Shown piece after piece: positions 58,396 to 64,000 of a stretch of 64,000 bases of DNA. Numbering within the stretch: the first letter of the stretch is position 1; each line of letters opens with the position of its first letter. Position numbers and translations under genes: made by a program. The notes beneath the pieces are model-generated. The model was not told the origin of the DNA. It did no database searches and was given only the letters and a program-made list of their open reading frames with translations. The DNA lies in the IMG/VR virus record IMGVR_UViG_3300023174_000038, positions 124,001 through 188,000 of that record. One strand, written 5' to 3'.

Positions 58396-59861
58396 ATCAT
58401 CATTAACTGTTCTCTATAGTTATTCTTTAATACATTACTTTCGGTAAGTAATCTGTTATTGATTATAGTATGATTTAAAGTAGGGTCTTGCATTATCTTA
58501 AAGATATCTTCTACTGAGTATCCTAAATTAATTACTCTGCCAATCCAAGTAGCGGCGTGAAATTTACTTTTTTGATTTACTCTAGGGTCGGTCATAATAC
58601 GATGAACTAACATAGAAGCATCTTTGAACGACATAGAAGTATTTTGCCATTGATTACCATCTTCTATTATATAGCCAAATTTATTAGGATCCTGATCAAT
58701 TTTGCTTGTTCCCCTACCATCATGGTCAGAGCGAATATATAAAGGTAAAAATCCAAACACATCTAATGGGCAATCATTGCTAGTTAAGTAATTTACTGTA
58801 CTGTTTATACTAGCCTCGTCCTCACCTGGCAATCCTACAATAAAATTGCTACTGGTAATGATATTACCTTTCCAAGTTTCGGCACAGTAATTTAATGTAT
58901 CTTTAACTCGTTTCTCTCCAAGACCTTTACCGATCTTTTTACCGGCAACTTCATTAAGTGTTTCTATACCAAATGCTAAACTTTTAGCACCGGATTCAAG
59001 CAATAGTTCTCGCATTTCAGGGAATTTCCAAATCAAATCTAATCTAGCATAACTTGTATATGAAATCTTAAATGGTAGTTTAGTAAACACCCTATGTAGC
59101 ATTTCCATCTTAGGTAGACTTTCATTAATTAGTTCATCTGTAAACATAAAATGAGTAGTACCATACAATTCATAATTACGTATTAATTCATTACGTAAGC
59201 TATCTTCTGCTTTTTGCCAATCCCCAACTTTTTTACCAATCAAATCAAAATGACAAAAAGCGCATTGAAATACACATCCTCTAGCCACTTCTACTGGTAA
59301 TGCCTCATTATGAAATATAATATCATTTGGAATATATTCTATAATGCTTCTAGCAAATTGTTCTTGTGTATAAAAATAATCATTACCATCTAATACTTTA
59401 CACTTATGTTCTTTTGCAACTTTTAAATCAGCACCATTGGCTAAATGGTCTAGTAGTTTAAGAATTACAGTATCACCTTTATTTACAACAACATAGTCAA
59501 CTCCTTCCCAATATGAGAAGTATGTCATTCTTGCACCACCTAATACAATTTTAGTAGTACTGTTTTTTGTTTTAATATGGTCTACAATAGAAACAAATTC
59601 TTCTGTAGGTCTTCCAAAGTTAAAGACTTGTCCGCCTTTTCTTTTTTCCATAAGGGTACAGCTAAAACCTACAAGTAGTGTGTCACTAGTTACAAACTTG
59701 TCAACAATCTTTTCTAATTGGTCATATGTGTAATAGCTGAATAAATCAACAACCTGACATGAATAGCCGGCGTTACGTATTTCAGTAGCTATCTTATAAG
59801 ATCCAGCATACTTCCCATAACCCAAAGTATCAGCTACGTCGGTAAATAAAATAACTTGCAT
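58392..59861 (-). CDS. Radical SAM enzyme with N-terminal B12-binding-like domain
   Basis: RGCVFQCAFC (CxxxCxxC), FTDE, GIET, FIVGLPGE; N-terminal VGFS and IVLGG. Confidence 0.85.
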   Translation of the reverse strand: MQVILFTDVADTLGYGKYAGSYKIATEIRNAGYSCQVVDLFSYYTYDQLEKIVDKFVTSDTLLVGFSCTLMEKRKGGQVFNFGRPTEEFVSIVDHIKTKNSTTKIVLGGARMTYFSYWEGVDYVVVNKGDTVILKLLDHLANGADLKVAKEHKCKVLDGNDYFYTQEQFARSIIEYIPNDIIFHNEALPVEVARGCVFQCAFCHFDLIGKKVGDWQKAEDSLRNELIRNYELYGTTHFMFTDELINESLPKMEMLHRVFTKLPFKISYTSYARLDLIWKFPEMRELLLESGAKSLAFGIETLNEVAGKKIGKGLGEKRVKDTLNYCAETWKGNIITSSNFIVGLPGEDEASINSTVNYLTSNDCPLDVFGFLPLYIRSDHDGRGTSKIDQDPNKFGYIIEDGNQWQNTSMSFKDASMLVHRIMTDPRVNQKSKFHAATWIGRVINLGYSVEDIFKIMQDPTLNHTIINNRLLTESNVLKNNYREQLMMI

Positions 59862-59892
59862 TGTTGATTATTTAGTTCAATAAGACATACTG

Positions 59893-59900
59893 TATAAATA
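59893..59900 (+). promoter_or_regulatory. T4-type late promoter upstream of desaturase 1
   Basis: Intergenic TATAAATA, then GAGGA RBS. Confidence 0.65.
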
Positions 59901-59915
59901 CTCTGAGGAACATAT

Positions 59916-60674
59916 ATGAAATTCGGATCCACTGCAACAAATATTAATATATTAACTATATGTACATCTACTGTAACTGTATTAGGTCTATATAATACTA
60001 GTATGTTTACTTGGACTAACGTTATTATAATGCTAATTAGTTTTTATGTTCTTAATATATTAGGCATATGGATGACCCTCCACAGATATTATTCACATAA
60101 ATCATTTGAATTTAAAAATGTTTTTTTAAAATGGATTTTTACTTTATTAGCTGTAATTGCAGGTAGAGGCAGTCCTTTAGGGTGGGTATATTTACATCGT
60201 AAACATCATGCATATTCTGATACTGAACAAGATCCGCACAGCCCTAAATATTTAGGATATAAGCTATTTGGGTTTAGTCATTATAAAAAACAAGAAGAAA
60301 AAATGCAACTGTTTTTGATTAAAGACATGATGATTAAAGAACACCTATTCATACATAAATGGTATATGTTAATTATATTATCTTTTATTACAATATTTGT
60401 TTTAGTAGATGTTGAATTATTTTATTTTATTTGGATAGTTCCGTCGTTTTTAATACAGCTTAGTCAGTACAATTTTAATTATTTTGGTCATATGCATGGT
60501 TATCGTAACTTTGAAACAAAAGATGATAGCAGAAATAATAAATGGTTATTTCCTATTCTATTAGGAGAAGCTTGGCACAACAATCATCATTATGATGCTA
60601 AAAATTATTCTATGAAAAAGAATGAATACGAATATGATCCAATGGCAACATTTATCCAGTACATTAAAAAATGA
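59916..60674 (+). CDS. Membrane fatty acid desaturase (delta-9-like) 1
   Basis: His boxes HRYYSH, HRKHH, HNNHH; DPHSP; GEAW. Confidence 0.88.
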   Translation: MKFGSTATNINILTICTSTVTVLGLYNTSMFTWTNVIIMLISFYVLNILGIWMTLHRYYSHKSFEFKNVFLKWIFTLLAVIAGRGSPLGWVYLHRKHHAYSDTEQDPHSPKYLGYKLFGFSHYKKQEEKMQLFLIKDMMIKEHLFIHKWYMLIILSFITIFVLVDVELFYFIWIVPSFLIQLSQYNFNYFGHMHGYRNFETKDDSRNNKWLFPILLGEAWHNNHHYDAKNYSMKKNEYEYDPMATFIQYIKK

Positions 60675-61264
60675 TATTATACACACCTATTAATATTCCT
60701 AAACTACAGATAAATGATTGGACCGAATGGTGGGATGTGTGGAACGCTAATATAGATTTTATTAATAAAGTATCAGTTAATCATAATCAAACTAATAGAG
60801 ATATGTTAAAGGGATTTGATATATATCAGGATGGGGATACGATCAAGTATTCATTATACAAAGCTGTAATGGCACCAAAATGTAATGTCATAGATAATTT
60901 AATAGAGCAAATATTTGAGCATGTTCCGTTGATTCCTAAATTAATTAGAGTTATGGAAAACACTAGTAAAGTAGGAGCACATTCAGATTATTCATCACCG
61001 CGTGATGAGTTTAGAGCATTATTATGGAATACATATAATGAACCCATATGGGAATTCTCCTACATGAATGAAAAAAGAAAGTTACATCTACCCGAAGATA
61101 CAAATTCATTTTATTATAAAGACTATCCATTAACACATTCTGCAATACACAATAGTGATAAAACAAAAGGTTTACTTCTTGTATACGGTCCTTTAAAGGA
61201 TAACCACAGTGAGCTAATACAAGAAAGTGCAAGAAAATACAAAGAACATGCATGGGTAATATAG
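60671..61264 (+). CDS. Hypothetical protein, possible DSBH oxygenase
   Basis: AHSD ... THSA ... K pattern. Confidence 0.45.
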   Translation: MILYTPINIPKLQINDWTEWWDVWNANIDFINKVSVNHNQTNRDMLKGFDIYQDGDTIKYSLYKAVMAPKCNVIDNLIEQIFEHVPLIPKLIRVMENTSKVGAHSDYSSPRDEFRALLWNTYNEPIWEFSYMNEKRKLHLPEDTNSFYYKDYPLTHSAIHNSDKTKGLLLVYGPLKDNHSELIQESARKYKEHAWVI

Positions 61265-61292
61265 ATTTTTATCATTTAGTTGCATAATAATT

Positions 61293-61300
61293 TATAAATA
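61293..61300 (+). promoter_or_regulatory. T4-type late promoter upstream of desaturase 2
   Basis: TATAAATA 5 nt before ATG 61306. Confidence 0.65.
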
Positions 61301-61305
61301 GAGAT

Positions 61306-62079
61306 ATGACACACTTTCTAGCATCAAGCACTCGCGGAGCACAAACATTTATGATTCTATCATTGATAGGAACTATATCAGCCATTGGCTTATATGGTAT
61401 ATCAACTGAGGAATTATTATTAGTATTATTAGGATATTTCTTGTATGGTTGTTTGGGTATTGTAGTAACCTACCATAGACGATTAACACATGATAGCTAT
61501 CAAACATATCCTTTACTAACTAAAACTATGTCAGTATTGGGATGTTTTGCCGGTACAGGTAGTCCATTAGCATGGGTAGCAATACATATTAACCATCATT
61601 TAAAAAGTGATAAGATAGATGATCCGCATAGCCCGTTGTACAAAGGTATCAAAATATTCACACTTGACTATGTAAACGAAGTAAATGATGATACTAAATG
61701 GCGTATGCGTAGTTTAGTAACTAACAAGTTCCAACAGTTCTTACACCGTTACTACTTTGCTATCTTAGCTGTATATAGTATAACATTGTTTATTATAGGT
61801 GGTTTTTGGTTAATGATATTTCTACATTGGGCACCTGCATTAATTACAGGTCTTATGAGTAATGTAGTTAATTATGTAGGACATAAACCAAGTTGGTGGG
61901 GAGGTTATCGTTCATATAATCTTAATGACCAAAGTGCTAATAATTGGTTATGGTCTATCCCTAGTTGGGGTGAAGCATGGCATAACAATCATCATAGATT
62001 CCCAAAAGATTATACGTTTAAAAAGCAATGGTGGGAATTTGACATATCTGGACTTATCATAAAACTGATAAAAATTTAA
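61306..62079 (+). CDS. Membrane fatty acid desaturase (delta-9-like) 2
   Basis: His boxes HRRLTH, HINHH, HNNHH; DPHSP; WWEFD. Confidence 0.88.
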   Translation: MTHFLASSTRGAQTFMILSLIGTISAIGLYGISTEELLLVLLGYFLYGCLGIVVTYHRRLTHDSYQTYPLLTKTMSVLGCFAGTGSPLAWVAIHINHHLKSDKIDDPHSPLYKGIKIFTLDYVNEVNDDTKWRMRSLVTNKFQQFLHRYYFAILAVYSITLFIIGGFWLMIFLHWAPALITGLMSNVVNYVGHKPSWWGGYRSYNLNDQSANNWLWSIPSWGEAWHNNHHRFPKDYTFKKQWWEFDISGLIIKLIKI

Positions 62080-62511
62080 ATGTTTGTTTTGTATTTTTTG
62101 TTATGGACTCTAATGTTATATTGGATCCATAGAATAGGTCATTATCTACCTGTGATGCGTAATATACATATGCATCATCATAGATTTGTACTACAACATA
62201 AGACCACGTGGCATTGGTCTAATCTATTCTTGTTTAATGATGACTGGACTAGTACTATAGATTTATGGCTTACTGAAGTTATACCTACATTACTTTTTAG
62301 TCTAGTAACAGGACAATGGTGGATAAGTATATTTTATTATATATGGGCAGCGTTTATACAAGAAACAATAGAACACAATAAAAATTTTAACACCCCTATA
62401 TTAACTAGTGGCAAATGGCATTTAATACATCACCGCTCTACTTTTAATTACGGGTTGTTTATACCCATATGGGATATAATATTTAGGACATACATACGTG
62501 TACACAAGTGA
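62080..62511 (+). CDS. Fatty acid hydroxylase/sterol desaturase family protein
   Basis: YWIHRIGH, HMHHH, EHN, HLIHH, NYG...WD..F.T. Confidence 0.8.
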   Translation: MFVLYFLLWTLMLYWIHRIGHYLPVMRNIHMHHHRFVLQHKTTWHWSNLFLFNDDWTSTIDLWLTEVIPTLLFSLVTGQWWISIFYYIWAAFIQETIEHNKNFNTPILTSGKWHLIHHRSTFNYGLFIPIWDIIFRTYIRVHK

Positions 62512-63424
62512 AAACAATTGGTATCAATGGCAATATGGTGATGAACCACTATTTGGTCGTCAAACAAGTAATTTGCCGTTTAACACATTCTACAGTAAAT
62601 CAGATGTGCTGATTGGTTCCTTTAAGGAAGAATTACAGAAGGCAGCAAAAAGTACATTGGATCATTACCCCGGATTAAAACCTTGCATATTCTTTAGTGG
62701 TGGGGTAGATAGTGAATTGATTCTACGTGCTTATTTAGATATAGGTGCTAATCCTGAAGTATATATTGTACGATATAAAAACGATTTAAACATTTATGAT
62801 GTAAGCTATGCTATAACCATTTGTACGATATTAAAAGTTGAATATAATTTAATAGATTTTAATTTACAACAATTTTATGAAAATGATGCTGAAAAAATAG
62901 CAGAGGATGCTCAGATAGATCGTCCTAGAATGTTGCCTCACATTAAATTTACTGAATGTGCAGATGGATTAATTATTGTAGGTCATAGCGATATCCGATG
63001 GTATAGACCACACGATGATTATACTAAAAAAGCTACGTGGTTAGCACAAGACTTTGAGCATGATATTGGTTGTGACAAATATAATATATTGCACAATCGT
63101 CCTGCAATCTATCAATGGTGGAAATGGACACCCGGTTTAGTAATATCTTATACTCAACTTAAATGGTTTAAACAATTAGTCAATGATGAAATAATAGGAA
63201 AATTGGGACTTAATTCTTCAAAACTATTAGGATTCAGAGAAGCATATCCCGACTTAATAACTAGAGAAAAACAAACTGGTTTTGAAAAGACTGATGAATT
63301 AATAAATGAATTTGAATCTTTCCTCAAACAAAAATATAAAGGTTTGCCTTATAGACAACTAGTAAATAGAACGTTAGATGACCTATTGACAGAGATAATT
63401 GGAATCCCGCATGATATTAAGTAA
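62498..63424 (+). CDS. PP-loop (adenine nucleotide alpha hydrolase/asparagine synthetase-like) protein
   Basis: FFSGGVDSE PP-loop; late REK.TGFE motif; GTG start after AGGA. Confidence 0.65.
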   Translation: MYTSENNWYQWQYGDEPLFGRQTSNLPFNTFYSKSDVLIGSFKEELQKAAKSTLDHYPGLKPCIFFSGGVDSELILRAYLDIGANPEVYIVRYKNDLNIYDVSYAITICTILKVEYNLIDFNLQQFYENDAEKIAEDAQIDRPRMLPHIKFTECADGLIIVGHSDIRWYRPHDDYTKKATWLAQDFEHDIGCDKYNILHNRPAIYQWWKWTPGLVISYTQLKWFKQLVNDEIIGKLGLNSSKLLGFREAYPDLITREKQTGFEKTDELINEFESFLKQKYKGLPYRQLVNRTLDDLLTEIIGIPHDIK

Positions 63425-64000
63425 TAAAACTAATGGCTATTACATTGTCAATGGTGTCTCTACTGGTAACAAATTACAAGCAATACTTGAGGCTAGTAAA
63501 ACAAAATCAGAATTACGTTGGAATTTCTATGATGATATATTTTCTGCAGCCAGTAGTAAATTCAACAACAATCACATATTGCTTAAAGAATTATATAGAG
63601 CAAGAGCCCAGCAATTAAGAGATAGTAATGAATATCTAATTCTAAATTATAGTGGCGGTAGCGATAGTCATAATATACTAATGACTTTTTTAGAGTATAA
63701 TATAAAACTAGATCATATTTTTGTTCAATGGCCTGAACAATTAATGGACAAAGGTATATATACTCCTAATAGATTAGACAGAACTAACGCAAATTTTCAC
63801 AGTGAATGGGATTTAGTATTAAAGAAAGACTTAGTTTGGTTGAGTAGTAAGTATCCTGAAATTACTATTGAGATAGCAGATTGGACTACTACAGTAAAAG
63901 AGCAATTTTACAAAGATGATATATTTGCCAATGATGTTAGTAACCTGCCTAGCATTGCTAGGGCCCAAAAACAAAATACATTTAGTATAACAGAAGGTAC
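63411..64000 (+). CDS. Second PP-loop protein, 3'-truncated, absent from the ORF track
   Basis: ATG 63411 open to the window end: MILSNKTNGYY...LYRARAQQLRD..EYLILNYSGGSDSHNIL. Confidence 0.75.
   Translation, partial: MILSNKTNGYYIVNGVSTGNKLQAILEASKTKSELRWNFYDDIFSAASSKFNNNHILLKELYRARAQQLRDSNEYLILNYSGGSDSHNILMTFLEYNIKLDHIFVQWPEQLMDKGIYTPNRLDRTNANFHSEWDLVLKKDLVWLSSKYPEITIEIADWTTTVKEQFYKDDIFANDVSNLPSIARAQKQNTFSITEG

Noticed and set aside
63433-63618. 61-aa ORF in the track
   Set aside because: Out of frame within the longer PP-loop gene starting at 63411.
1-64000. Genome-wide TAG reassignment (alternative genetic code) to explain the iscU stop
   Set aside because: All other genes, including a 15-kb ORF, are open in the standard code, and glutaredoxin ends at TAG at its expected length. 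Readthrough would also leave 3 extra residues in an invariant motif.
1-64000. tRNA, rRNA or intrinsic terminators
   Set aside because: Intergenic gaps are under about 80 nt, and none showed a cloverleaf or a convincing GC stem plus U-tract by eye; tRNAscan-SE and a terminator search would be needed.

Overview
AT-rich, gene-dense, almost entirely + strand segment of a large T4-like (myovirus-type) bacteriophage genome. The assignment rests on TATAAATA-type late promoters, a PAAR spike, nrdAB/glutaredoxin and free-standing homing endonucleases. The 1-30 kb part holds virion fibre/adhesin genes, including two giant N/G/S/T-rich repeat proteins (one 4990 aa) and Gly-rich, FN3, LamG and beta-helix proteins. 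The 30-42 kb part holds six tandem Kelch-like propeller paralogues interleaved with glycosyltransferases, 2OG-Fe(II) oxygenases, a sulfotransferase and an APS-kinase/nucleotidyltransferase fusion. The 42.7-49.5 kb part is a class Ia ribonucleotide reductase locus. There nrdA is split in its active site into two genes with oppositely charged tails, separated by a GIY-YIG endonuclease and three passenger ORFs, with no intron or intein visible. The 49.5-57 kb part holds PAAR and structural genes, a SleB-type hydrolase, an HNH endonuclease, iscU, ahpC and ahpD. The 57-64 kb part is a cluster of tailoring enzymes (GNAT, DSBH oxygenases, B12-type radical SAM, two desaturases, a hydroxylase, two PP-loop enzymes). 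The most striking observation is in iscU, directly downstream of and overlapped by an HNH gene. It carries a 9-nt in-frame insertion reading GGT-TAG-TTA-GGT right after Cys37: matched Gly codons flanking a stop, the geometry of a ribosomal bypass (hop) element as in T4 gene 60/mobA, but miniature. No tRNA, rRNA, CRISPR or reverse transcriptase was recognised.
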